Assembly: GCA_951406725.2 (NCBI GenBank) | Contig: OX597816.1 | Coordinates: forward strand, 11,966,001 to 12,030,000 | Direction: 5' to 3' | DNA: 64,000 nucleotides | Origin: Octopus vulgaris | Lineage: Eukaryota | Shown here: positions 25,362-38,293 of the stretch, in pieces | Numbering within the stretch: position 1 is the first letter of the stretch | How the letters are laid out: every line of letters starts with the position of its first letter | Translations under genes and position numbers: made by a program | The notes under the pieces: model-generated | The model's database searches: none | Told to the model about the DNA's origin: nothing | Seen by the model: only the letters and a program-made list of their open reading frames with translations

Positions 25362-25578
25362 CAAGGGGGTACTGAAAAGTTCCTGGCTTTAAGGATATCA
25401 CAAAAGGCTTGGTTGGAGGCCTAACCTTCCACGTTCTTTTACAGTTGCTTAGAAAACCTGAAGGTCTGTTGCAATAAGAGTGTGAATCTGAGAGGGGAAT
25501 ATGTTCAATAAAATCATAGTTAACTTATCCTCCTGTATTTTCTTTTACACAAAGCCAGGAACCTTTCAGCACACCCTG
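25362..25578 (+). mobile_element. mariner-derived MITE
   Basis: TA-flanked TIRs caagggggtactgaaaagttcctggcttt and aaagccaggaacctttcagcacaccctg. The interior retains a transposase C-terminus-like [13 protein letters not shown]. Confidence 0.8.
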
Positions 25579-25859
25579 TAAATATATATAATGATATATA
25601 TACATATATCTTGTTGTGTTTTGGGAGGGTCATTATGCCAATAATGATAACACACACGCTGATTCAATATCACTTCTTTATTGTTAGTCAGTTGGTCAGA
25701 CATCTAACCAACTAACTAATTGATCATGTTAAACAGTCAATTGAGTTTTTATTAGTCAAAGTCCATTTGTTGCTATCTGCAACGTTTTCAATGACCTTCG
25801 CAATGTTTTCAATGACCTTCTCAACCCCTACACATACACACATACACACACGAACACAC

Positions 25860-25890
<31 letters not shown>

Positions 25891-26212
25891 CTGCAAACAA
25901 AACACACACTCACACTACATATACATACACGCACGCACACATACTTCAAACTACCAGTACCTTCCACTGACCATTCTCCTACGCACATGTGTAGGTAGAC
26001 ACACAACAGGAGCCACTCCTACTAATAACTTCTTCCTATGACCTTAAACGATACTAAGCCCAACCACACACATAGATTAACAGCCACAACCACACACACA
26101 CACACACAGACTTGCGCGCATGTACATATCCACACATACCTCCTTCTCTTGCATTCTCCTGTCTTTGAAAGTACTTTTTCTTCACCCATTCCCTTCCGCT
26201 CATTTCAAAATG

Positions 26213-26409
26213 TGACCACGTGTGTATCATTGGTGATTTTCTTTCTTTGTCTTTCCTTCCTTGGACCTTTCCTTTTTCTATGTTTCTGACGAAGAGCTCC
26301 GCTCGAAACATTAAAACCTCCTTCTTTCTTTCCTTTCCTGAGCGTCCAATAAATAACACTATACTTGTTCTACATCCTGTGGTTTCCCTTTGTTCATGTT
26401 TGGATTAAC

Positions 26410-26410
<1 letters not shown>
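26213..26410 (+). mobile_element. Family C short repeat with hammerhead motif
   Basis: One of three copies in the window; ends ggattaac(TA)n. Confidence 0.75.
26282..26317 (+). ncRNA. Minimal type I hammerhead ribozyme motif
   Basis: GTTT-CTGACGA-A-GAGC-TCC-GCTC-GAAA-CATT-AAAAC: intact core boxes, 4-bp stem II, and stem I TTT/AAA. The stem III palindrome AACGTT seen in the other two copies is AACATT here. Confidence 0.7.
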
Positions 26411-26443
<33 letters not shown>

Positions 26444-26571
26444 ATAGAAATATGTTACAGAAAGAAAATAGAAACTACACGTGGTAATGTAAGGGGAAAG
26501 TAAGAAGAACAAATGGAAATGCACATTGTAAATCAAAAGAAGTAAAGGCTTTTTATGAAAAGTAACAACAG

Positions 26572-26620
<49 letters not shown>

Positions 26621-27277
26621 CACACACACATATATATATATATATGTATTATATAGAGATATTTTCTGATTATTTATTTTATATATATATATTTGTATAT
26701 ACATATAAATGAATATTCATATACATACATATACATGCATATATATATACCTACATGCATAAATACATACATATAAATGAACACACACACACACGCACAC
26801 GCACACGCACACATGTACTCAGTCAGTCATATGATCTAGCATAAGGAAATCAATACTTTAATTACTTTGGGCTAGACACAGGTCACAAAATTTTCGATTT
26901 CTGCAAAAAAAAAAAAAACACGAAAAATGCTAATAATTCGATAACTTGGCATTTCACCCTCTTCGTTATAATTATTACATTGTATTAATTGCTTTTCATC
27001 ATTCTATATCCATTTTATGAAATGATAATTCTAAAAGTGTTTATATATGTGGAGCAAATGAATTCCTGGAACAATGATTTTTATTTTACAAAAAAATGTG
27101 TTTTTTGTTACATGAACATAAATGTGGGTGTGTGGCTAAGAAGCTTGCTTTCCAACCATGTGGTCTCGGGATCAGTCCCACTCTATGACACCTTGGGCAA
27201 GTGTCTTCTAATATTGCAACAGACTGACTAAAAACCTTGTGAGTGGATGAGGTAAATGGAAACTGAAAGAGGTCCGT

Positions 27278-27351
<74 letters not shown>

Positions 27352-27412
27352 GGGTTGGTGCATAATTATTGTGGCTTTTTTCAACAAATTTTACTCAACA
27401 AAAACAATAACA

Positions 27413-27575
27413 ACATCATCATCATCATTATCATCATCGTTTAACGTCCGCTTTCCATGGTAGCATGGGTTGAACGATTTGACTGAGGACTGGTGAACCA
27501 GATGGCTGCACCAGGCTCCAATCTGATCTGGCAGAGTTTCTACAGCTTAATGCCCTTCCTAACACCAACCACTCC
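27413..27575 (-). mobile_element. RTE LINE 3' end (family B)
   Basis: (CAT)n gtttaacgtccgc...; abuts the ORF-bearing RTE head to head. Confidence 0.8.
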
Positions 27576-29356
27576 AAAACAGAAGGATGTGGAAGCTAAA
27601 GAACCCTTCACATGGTCAGAGATTTAGGGACATCCTCATCAAGGAATTTGATGAGGAGCTACAGTCATCAGATATAGAAGGTAGCTGGAAATTCCTATGG
27701 CACAGCTTGATAAGTGTCACAGACCAAGTCTGCAGATGGTGCAAAGTCCCTTCCAGACCTAGTGTTACGTGGTGGTGGAATAGTACAGTAGAAAAAGCCA
27801 TTAGAACTAAGAAAAAAGCCTGGAAAGCCTGGAACGGTGGGGGTAGCAGGGAACTGTACCAGATAGCCAGAAGGGAGGCTGGGCGACAGGTATACATAGC
27901 CAAGGGCAAATCAGAAATGAAGAAGTTTGCCAATGTCCAGCGATGTGAGGACCAAAGAACTGAGGTATTTTAGATTGCAAGATAATGTGTGAGAGAAAAT
28001 TGTGATGTCACTGGAGAGAAATGTGTCTGCATGGATGATGGTGCACATGCTTTTAATGATTCTGAAAAGAAAGAGGCTTGGAGAAGCCATTATGAAAGAC
28101 TGCAGAGAATGAATGGGAGGAGGAGAACCTGCCAAATGTTCACCCAGTAGAGGGACCAGCTATCCAAATAGACAGCTCTCTGGTAGATAAAACAATTAAT
28201 GGTATGAAGCCAGGAGAAAGCCCCGGCCCTTCAGGAATCACTGCTGAGATGCTTAAAACATCTGGTGGTGTGGGCTATGGCCTAGTCACTCGCATTGTAA
28301 ACCAGGTAGTTCATAATGGAGTCATACCCAATGACTGGCATAGCAGCACCATAGTCAACTGCTACAAGGGTAAAGGTGATGCTCTAGATAGAAATAACTA
28401 CAGGGGTATTAAACTGCTGGATCAGGTGATGAAGGTCACAGAGAGGGTCATAGCCCATCTCATTGGGGAGAGAGTCTGCTTAAATGAGATGCAGTTTGGT
28501 TTTGTGCTGGGTAGAAGCACCACTGATGCCATATTCTTGGTGTGACAACTGCAGTAGAAATACCTAGCTAAAGATAAACCCCTATACTTAGCTTTTGTGG
28601 ACCTGGAGAAAGCCTTTGACAGGGTCCCCCGATCTCTTATATGGTGGGCAATGCGGAAACTGGGGATTGACAAATGGTTAATAAGGTATGGTCATGTACT
28701 GTGGATGGACGAGGAGAGCTGTGTGAAGAAGTGCCACTCCTAAACAGTGGAAGGAATCCAGGGTAGAGGGAGACCCAGGAAAACATGGGATGAGGTGGTC
28801 AAGCACAACCTTCGAATGCTGAACATCACAGAGGCAATGATGAAAAACCAAGACTTCTGGAGATATGCTGTGACTGTGAAGACCCAGCAAATAAAGTGAG
28901 TTCACGAGTGTATCCTACACCAGTATCGCATAACCAGCCCCAGCCCATTCAAAAGTGACCTGCTGTGCTTGAGGAGACCTATTGAGTCAAGTACATCAAC
29001 ATCAAAATAAAAATCAAATGAAAATTGCAGTTAGGATACCTGTGCCAGTGGCACATAAAAAGCACCATCCGAACATGGCTGATGCCAGTGCTGCCTTGAC
29101 AGGCTTCTGTGCCGGTGGCACATAAAAAACACCAACCGATTGTGACTGCTGCCAGCCTCCTCTGGCTCCTATGCTGGTGGCACATAAAAATCACTCACTA
29201 TACTCACGAAGTGGTTGGCGTCAGGGAGGGCATCCAGCTGTAAAAGCACTGCCAGATCAGACTGGAGCCTGGTGCAGCCTTCTGGCTTCCCAGACCCCAG
29301 TTGAATCATCCAACCCATGCTAGCATGGAAAACGGACATTAAACGATGATGATGAT
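27576..29356 (+). pseudogene. RTE-clade LINE, 5'-truncated and internally deleted, with RT pseudogene and 3' UTR
   Basis: WWWNSTVEKAI, SPGPSGITAEMLK, YKGKGDALDRNNYRGIKLL, QFGFVLGRSTTDAIF and AFVDLEKAFDRVP, then a jump at ~28685 to YGHVLWMDE...GRGRPRKTW. In-frame stops are present and the element ends in (GAT)n. Confidence 0.93.
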
Positions 29357-29374
29357 CATCATTATCATCATCCA

Positions 29375-29624
29375 TTTTTTCCGACCTTGTTTCTGTATAC
29401 ATTCGCTACTTTCTTTCACGGAATATAGCGCTCTAAGCTTAGTTTTTCCTTGGGGCTGGCCAGATTGGAACAATCTCGAGTATAACCAGCCAAAATTGCA
29501 AAGATAATCTAGAACTCGACTGAGGAAAGAAAACTCCGAATGACCTGTCCTTGTTTTTTCCTGTCCCTTTTTTGTATCATCCAACTGTGTGGATGTTTTG
29601 CGCTCTTGTCCCATTTTTTGTATT

Positions 29625-29630
<6 letters not shown>
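29375..29630 (+). mobile_element. Family D short repeat ending in (TA)n
   Basis: cagccaaaattgc...gactgagga...gaatgacc.gtcc...ggatgttttgcg.tcttgtcccatttt; related copies at 33271, 40010, 40184 and 50487. Confidence 0.65.
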
Positions 29631-29711
<81 letters not shown>

Positions 29712-29739
29712 TATATACATATATAAATATGTATATACA

Positions 29740-29950
29740 CGAGGCAGGTACTTGGCTTTGGGTAAAAGAAAGTGCAGAAGAATCAGTTAATTCTAACATT
29801 ATCCAACATATTCTCCTCTCAGATTCACACACTTATTGCAGTGGCCTGTCAATGTTTCTAAGACCTTTAAAAGAAATCCCCTGAAAGTTGGACCACCAAC
29901 CACACATTTCATGGTGTCTTTAAAGCCAGGAACTTTTCAGCACCCCTTCG
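29740..29950 (-). mobile_element. mariner-derived MITE (same family as 25362)
   Basis: Ends aaagccaggaacttttcagcaccccttcg; the interior is a reverse match to 25440-25550. Confidence 0.75.
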
Positions 29951-30665
29951 TGTATATATATATATATATATAGTTTCATGTTGCCGTTCATCAGACAGTT
30001 TTTGCTAGAATATATATATATATATATATATATAAACATCCTGGCTTTGTACATTGATTAAAAAGTAACGAGAAATCAATAATGATGTAAGGGTTGTGAA
30101 TGATCAAGATAAGCGAAGCCACTGTTTTAGATATTTATAAAGTTTACCAAGTTACTGACATTAAATATAATCAGAGGAATTATGTGAGACTAATGGGGGT
30201 CTGTAATGGCAAAGTTGACTTCTATTTTCGTTCGTAGAGGAGAAAAGAAAATAGGGGGGAAAAAATCAAACGTTTAAAGGGTGGAGCTGTTCCTTAGAAG
30301 GCAGTGGTGGCAGTGGATGGGCATGGATGGAAATAGCTGAGAGATCAATGATAAAGATGGTGTAAATGTAGGTAGTAAGACAGGAGTCAAGAAGAAATGA
30401 ATTTAAACGATTTAAGAATGAGGGGGTTAAAGGATACTTGAAGGAAGCAGAGAAAGGGGAGGAAGGGGGGGAAAAGGGGTTTCTAGAATGATCGATATTG
30501 CTGAGAGGGAGAGACAAAGAGCAAAAACATTTGATATTAAGTTTATCTTATCGAGTTTATCTAATGGTATTTGGTAAGGAGTAATACATAAATTGGTTCT
30601 TAAAATGTATCTAATGTGAAGTTTTGATTTGCAAAGGTGAAAACTGTTTATTTAGTTGCTTGACC

Positions 30666-30704
<39 letters not shown>

Positions 30705-30815
30705 GTTTGTGTGTGTGTGTATCATTGGCTGGAGATGTCTTCCTGGGGGTTAAAATAGCAGTATCATTGGTTCTTAGAAAACACCCATGTTAAAGTGGCA
30801 ATAAACACATGTGTA

Positions 30816-30913
<98 letters not shown>

Positions 30914-31212
30914 TACATATATATATATATATATATACATATATATGTACAGAGGTATATATGAGTTTGTGTGTGTATGCATGCATACATACACACATAC
31001 ATATATATATAAATATATATGTATGCATATATACACATATATATATAATATATATATGTGTGTGTATATATATATGTATATGTGTATATATACACACATA
31101 CAATGTCAAGACAGAATAAACTTAATGATAATGTGATAGGGTAAGTACTAGAAAAAATTACCATTCAAGAATTATGTATACACACACACACACACACATA
31201 TGTATATATATT

Positions 31213-31959
31213 TTTTTAAATGGTTAGAGATGGCTTTTGGGTGGGTGGGGGGATGATTTTTCTTTTATGAATAATGTTTACAGTGAATTTCTCTGCTATG
31301 AGTCTTGAGCTTCAAATAGTTGTTTTCAAACTGAAAAATATGTTCTACTGGTTGCTTAAAATAGAACAAAAATTTAGATAGCAAAAATTATATGTAAAAA
31401 AAAAGCATATGAGTAGAAGAAGAAGGAGAAGAAGAAGAAGGAGGAGAAGAAGAAGGAGAAGAAGAAGAAGAAGAAGAAGGAGGAGGAGGAGGAGGAGGAG
31501 GAGGAGGTGGAGGAGGAGGAGAAGAAGAAAGAGAAGAAGAAGAAGGAGAAGAAGAAGAAGAAGAAGAAGAAGAAGAAGGAGGAGGAGAAGAAGAAGAAGA
31601 AGAAGAAGAAAGAGAACAAGAAAGAGAAGAAGAAGAATAAGAAGAAGGAGAAGAAGGAGAAGAAGAAGGAGGAGGAGGAGGAGGAGAAGGAGGAGGTGGA
31701 GGAGGTGGAGGATGAGTAGAAGAAGAAAGAGAAGAAGAAGAAGGAGAAAGAGAAGAAGAAGGAGAAGAAGAAGAAGAAGTGGAAGAAGAAGAAGAAGAAG
31801 AAGAAGAAGAAGAAGAAGAAGAAGAAGAAGAAGAAGAAGAAGAAGAAGAAGAAAGAAGAAGAAGAAGAAGAAAAAGAAGAAGAAGAAATAAAGCTAAAAG
31901 TGAAAATATATATAAAAATAAAGAGACAAGAATAAAGGTCAGAGTAATATATATGTGTA

Positions 31960-32015
<56 letters not shown>

Positions 32016-32227
32016 TGTACACCATATCTTGTGTTGAAACTGAATGAATAGGTGACCTGAACTTTGGAGGCACCCTACTGGTCATCAATAGGGACCACTC
32101 CAAAATATGCCATTCCCTTATGCTTCTTGTACTTAACTCTCCTTCCCCCCTCTTTTCCCAATTACTATTAGTCTTAGCTTTATATTTATTTCTATATTTA
32201 TTTTACTTTTAGCATTATTACATTCTT

Positions 32228-32260
<33 letters not shown>

Positions 32261-32358
32261 CTTCTTCTTCTTCTTCTTCTTCTTCCTCTTCCTCTTCTTC
32301 TTCTTCTCCCCCCTCCTCCTTCTCCTCCTCCTTCTTCTCCCTCCTCCTCCTCCTCCTC

Positions 32359-32404
<46 letters not shown>

Positions 32405-32645
32405 TTTTTTTTCTTCTTCTACTCCCTCCTTTTTCTTCTTACACACTCATGCTTTTGTATATTTTTTGTATATATTTATATTTTGCTATCTAAATTTTTT
32501 TCCTCGTTAAGAAACCAGTAAAACATACATTTTTCACTTTGAAAACGTCTATTTCAAGATTGAAGCTCATACTAGAGAAACTCACTGTCAACTTTATTAT
32601 TAAAATAAAAAATCCTCACCAAAAAGCCATCGTTACTCATTTTTG
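31213..32645. repeat. Old inverted duplication with (GAA/GGA)n and (TTC/TCC)n tracts in the arms
   Basis: 31213-31410 matches the reverse complement of 32445-32645 (gatggctttt, acagtga.tttctct, gttttcaaa.tgaaaaat, aaatttagatagcaaaa). gctaaaagt at 31893 mirrors acttttagc at 32205. Confidence 0.75.
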
Positions 32646-32794
32646 CAAATATATATAGTACTACTATACCAGGAACTTTCTCTTTATTATTATTCTACAA
32701 CAGATAAACACACACACACAGAGATACATATACAGATACACACATATATACATATATATGTATTTATATATATATATATGTGTATATATATATT

Positions 32795-32851
<57 letters not shown>

Positions 32852-33270
32852 GTGTGTATATATATATTATCATCCGCATCATCATCATCATCATTTAATA
32901 TCCGTTCTCAATGCTAGCATGTGTTGGACAGTTCGACTGGGGTCTGGGAAGCCAGGAGGTTGCACCAGGCTCCAATCTAATCTGGCAGTGTTTCTCCAGC
33001 TTGATGCCTTTCCTAACGCCAACCACTCCATGAGTGTAGTTTGTGCTTTTTATGTGCCACCGGCACAGGGGCCTGGGGAGGCTGGCAATGGTCATGATTG
33101 GTTGCTGCTTTTTATTATATATATATGTATGTGTGTGTGTGTGTGTTTGTGTGTTATAATTTAGAACAAACAGCAAAAAGTTGTTATTATTGTACTCAGA
33201 GTTTTAAATATTGGAGCAAAGAGCTACGATGCATTCTCATCAGTTATTAATGGCAACAGACACTATGAAT

Positions 33271-33437
33271 TCTAATCAGCCGAAATTGCGAGGATGATCT
33301 GGTTCTTGACTGAGGATAAAAGGCTTGGAATGACCCGTCCGTATTTTTTTTTGTATCATCTATCTGGATGTTTTTTTGTCCCTTTTTGTATTACCTAGTT
33401 GTCTGGATGTTTTGCGTTCTTGTCTCATTTTCTATTT

Positions 33438-33470
<33 letters not shown>

Positions 33471-33591
33471 GTGGCGTACATAGACTTTGTTCTCTTATAT
33501 ATATTTATATGTATATATATATATATGTCTCTGTGTGTATGATGATGATGATGATGATGATGATGATATATATATATATACATATACATAC

Positions 33592-33622
<31 letters not shown>

Positions 33623-34345
33623 TATATATGATGATGATAAATGTATATATTCATGTATGTGTTGTTTGTGCTGGAGAAGTTTTCTAACGAGTTGTCTGAC
33701 CCTTCACTGGACTAAGTTTACACTGTTTACACTTAAATTACACTTACAGTAATTTTAATGTATGTCCAGTTTACATAGAAACACGTGCATTGCCATCATT
33801 ATCATCACCATCATCATCATCATCATTGTCATAATCATCTTCATCCTTATTTCCATCATATTCATCATCCTCATCATTGCCCACCTCCTCATCATTATCC
33901 TGACCATTTTATCTTCCATTTTCCCATGGGTCAGATGAAGACGTGGTAATGATTCTGCCAGCTCACCAGCTTACTAATCTTGAATTTATTAAAAGGGTCG
34001 TGGCTGGAAAGCCTTTGATCACAAACAGGTCCACTGAATCACAGCTGGCCTGGGATTAAACAACATCAACAACAACAGCAACATTGACCAAACTGAAAGT
34101 AAGAGAAAAACATTTAATAACACTAATCCCTTTATTTTTTTTACTTGCTTCAGTCATTTGAGTGTGGCCACGCTGGAGCACCACCTTTAGTCAAACAAAT
34201 CGACTCCAGGACTTATTCATTGTAAGCCTAGTACTTAATTGATTTGATCTCTTTTGCTGAACCGCTAAGTTACGAGGACATCATCACACCAACATCAGTT
34301 GCCAAGTGATGGTGGCAGGACAAACACTGACACACAAACATACAC
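33271..34345 (+). repeat. ~1.1-kb segment duplicated in inverted orientation at 39180-40183
   Basis: Family D element, non-repeat sequence (gctggagaagttttctaa.gagttgtctgacccttcactggactaa) and a SINE A tail occur in mirror order. Confidence 0.9.
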
Positions 34346-36092
34346 ACACACACAGACACACACACACACACATATAAATATACATACGTAAAAAGCACCA
34401 TCCAAAGGTAGCTGATGCCAGCACTCCCTTGATTGGCGTCTGTGTCAGTGACACATAAAAAGCACCAAGAGATTGTGGCTGTTTGCCAGACTCCTCTCGC
34501 CCCTGTGCCGGTGGCATGTAAAAAGCACCCACTACACTCACAGAGTGGTTGGCGTTAGGAAGGGCATCCAGCTGTAGAAACACTGCCAGATCTGACTGGA
34601 GCCTGGTGCAGCTTCCTGGCTTCCTCGACCCCGGTTGAACTGTCTAACCCATGCTAGCATGGAAAACTGACGTTAAACTATGATAATGATAATGATGATA
34701 TGGGGGTTGTCTACTACTCCTGCAAAGTTTGACCAGCTCCCGTACCTACACCTTCATACCATCATGGCATCTGATGTGGCTTTTTAAACCAATGTTCTGA
34801 AAAGATACCTATATAGATTGCACCTCTGATTTGGACTGCCAAGTGTTTCTTCTCAGTTTCTTATTTCTTTATTGCCCACAAGGGGCTAAACATAGAGGGA
34901 ACTAACAAGGACAGACAAAGGGATTAAGTCAATTACATCGACCCCAATGTGTAACTGGTACTTAATTTATCGACCAAGAATGGATGAAACGCAAAGTCGA
35001 CCTCGGAGGAATTTGAACTCAGAGCGTAAAGACAAATGAAACACCGCTAAGCATTTCGCCCGGCGTGCTAAAGTTTCTGCCATTTCTTTCAGTTTCTGTC
35101 TACTAAATCCGGTCAATTCGGTCGACCTGATATTTTAGTAGAAGACACTTGCGCAAGGTACCATGCGGTGGGACTGAACCTGGAACAATGTGGTTGGGAA
35201 TCAAGCTTCTTAACACACAGCCACATCTGTGCCTATATTTATAAAGAACAAAAAAGAACCAAAAAAGAAAAACAGCAGAACGAAATTCTGACTTTAATCT
35301 CAGAGACATGTGTATGTTGAACTCTACGAAAATGTTATAATAATAATGTTTTCATAATCCATTAATATCGATTTTAATCTCTCAGGAAAGAAACACAACA
35401 ACAACAACAACAACAACGGCATTAACAATAACGACAACAATAACAACATCGACAACAACAAGAACATCAAAAATCTAGCATGTGTTGAAAGTTCACTCGT
35501 CTTGACTGTAATGTCCAATTTTTCTCTTTGCTATTTAGATGGAAATATTTAAGACGCAATTCTACAAGATAAATGTGTGTGAGTCCTCTTAAATGACCCT
35601 TTGACCACAAAATATCCATCAATGAGTTTTTTTTCGTTTTTTTATAGATGAATTTTTTTTTTATTCATTTTCATTGTTATTTTTTAATGCGAGTTTGCAG
35701 TATAGAGGTTAGTATGGTTCTGTGTGTGTGTGGTTATATGGCTTGATGTATGTTTATATACTCGTCTATATGTAAAGTGGGGATTTAAGGCAGCGAGCTG
35801 GCAGAGCTGTTACTGTACTGGGGAAAATGCTGAATGTGGCATTTCTTCAAATTTTACATCCTGATTTCAAATACTGCCAAGGTCGACTTTGCCTTCCATC
35901 CTTTTGGGGTCAATAGAATAAGTAATGCATGTAGTCAAGTTATCCCTTTCCTCAAAATTACTGGCCTCGTGCCATTTGAAGCTGTTATTATATAGAATAC
36001 ATATATATACATACACACATATATATATATATATGAACGAATTATCCTTTGTTTACAGTTAACACAGAAAATTCAGTAAACAGTTACACATG

Positions 36093-36136
<44 letters not shown>

Positions 36137-36569
36137 ACTAAGCACATAAATGTAAAACAAGGTGGGAAAAAATAGTACTTGAATACCAAAGGTATGCTTT
36201 TATTAAAGCTGCAAAATTTTAACCAAACTTTTACACAGAGTTTCACATTCCCATTCTTTGGACAGTTGTAATGAATACAGCATGAAACTCTGAGTAATAG
36301 TTGTATGAAAATCTTGCAGTTTTAATAAAAGAATATCTATGTATATATATTATATTTATTTAAAATAAGAAGAAAACTGAGATTGGGAAGTTAATAATTG
36401 TTTATTATTAACAGCAAATTAGTCATCTTCACCTACAGCCGTTTCTATTAATATTTAATAAACATTAAATTTACATTTATGTGACATGAGCATAATATTA
36501 TCAGAGGTAGAAAGATGTACCTTTGGATGCTACATGTGTGTTTGTGAATTCATTTTAGTAGACATACAT

Positions 36570-36606
<37 letters not shown>

Positions 36607-36671
36607 TGTGTGTGTGTGTTTATAAATTAAGAAATGGAGTCAAACGCAGGTGTTATTCAAATCATTTATAC

Positions 36672-36743
36672 TTGCAACATATGTTTTGAAAAGCGCATTG
36701 AGATAAAAATGGTGTAAACAATGCTATCATCTTGTCAGGGCAA
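36672..36743 (-). ncRNA. Decayed hammerhead ribozyme downstream of the PLE ORF
   Basis: Minus strand: TTGC-c-CTGACAAG...GCATTG..CAATGC...CAAAAC-ATAT-GT-T-GCAA. Restoring two CpG-type G>A changes gives CTGACGAG and CGAAAC; stem III is the palindrome ACATATGT. Confidence 0.5.
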
Positions 36744-37895
36744 AAAAGGAACAAAATACATCAATAAACCATTTTAACTGAATGCGATTACCGCATATGT
36801 AAGTATAAGATGCAAGGAGAATGCTAGCAAGTTATTCTTTAAAAAACTGTTAATAGATTTAACATCAAAGATAAATTTAGAGAAAGAGAAGGAGGAGAAA
36901 GAAAGAAATTAACGGAAAATTAAGAGTGGAAAAATATAATGTGATAGATGAGTGGAAATAAAGTTTAAAAGCGTGGGAAAAGATATATGTAGTGGAAAGG
37001 AAATGTAAGAAGACAGTTAGAGGTCGAATTTTGTAGATTGGTAGAAATTAGTTATAGGAGTATAGGAGTTACAGAGGTATGTGTTTGCCAATGTTTACAA
37101 TGATAAACGAGTTCTTTAAATGTATTTACATGAGTATTCGATGAGAAAAGGATGAGAAATTGCTCTTCATCACAGAGTGGGCAAAAAGATTTACCTTTGT
37201 CATATGGAAAGGATCTAGATAGAATTTTCCATTCCATATTGAATTTTTTATTATGTTCCTTTAGAGACCAAATTAATTTACTAAGCCCAGTATTGTTGCA
37301 TTTAGTGATATGTCTAAATGTAGAGTAATGGTTAGATATTCTTTTGGACAACTGAGGTGAAGAACAACCTATATAAAAAAAAGACATCAGAACTGGAAGT
37401 AATTTTACATTGATAAACAAAGTTTGTAGTCTTAGAAATACTGTGAAGGAAACAAATAGGATTCGAATTTATATCAGAAATATTAATATTGTTGTTATTA
37501 TTGTTCAAGGAATGGTTAGCATTAACAATATCACTGTTATTATTTTCATTAAGTGGATTTGTATTTTACAACTTATAGTTATACAAAGAAATGATTTGTG
37601 AAACGTTTTTGGTGTTTGAAAAACCGATCCTAATTCGATGTGTATTGATAATGGAATGACATCTGGAATTTTTTGGCAAATTCTTATCTATAGCTTCACG
37701 AAACTGATAAGAGGGGTTGGGTTTGATCTAATTATGTGGAATGATCAACCAAATTGTTTTATTAGAACACACCTTGTTGTCTGGGTAATTATCTTTAAAA
37801 GTCCTAGACTTGTTTTTATTATGTATAAAAGAATATAAAGAACGGTTATCTCCCTTATGCTTTAAAATTACATTTTTCAATTTATTGTTGTCAAA

Positions 37896-38293
37896 TCTTT
37901 ATATATAAAAATCAAGTTGTGTGTCTGTCTCCTACGATTTAGATTCCTAACTACTCCCACATTTTGCGGTGCAGTTTAACCAATTCCGGGTATCTTATAG
38001 TCATGATTCATATCGAGCCCTTCTGGGTATTAGCGTGCGTCTATGATGAGTCTACGATTTTAAAAAAGATTTACCATCATTTTTTTCCATTTTAATGCAT
38101 ATTTTTCGCTATTATATAAGGGAAGTAACTCTCTAATAATGTCTACGATGAGTCAACGATTTAAAAAAAATTTACCATAATTTTTTTTCCATTTTTAATG
38201 CAATTTTTTGCTATTTTTTGGCTATAACTCTCTAAAAATGCTTATATAGTTATTTCCCTTACAAACCCGAGCAACGCCAGGTGATGCTGCTAG
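37896..38293 (+). mobile_element. Non-autonomous Helitron inserted in the PLE
   Basis: Starts TC (tctttatatataaaa), ends with a GC-rich subterminal hairpin (cccgagcaacgccagg) and CTAG, and sits between A and T with no target duplication. Confidence 0.85.

Noticed and set aside
29515-29550. CTGAGGA in family D as a hammerhead core (also 33310)
   Set aside because: No downstream GAAA box with a pairing stem II and no convincing stem I in any copy.
30040-30620. Possible further PLE RT relic on the minus strand (SNIDH-like motif)
   Set aside because: Motifs are too degenerate and not in a consistent order.
33190-33250. Minus-strand CTGATGAG...aaaactctgagta hammerhead-like remnant
   Set aside because: The GAAA box is mutated and stem I does not pair; too decayed to call.
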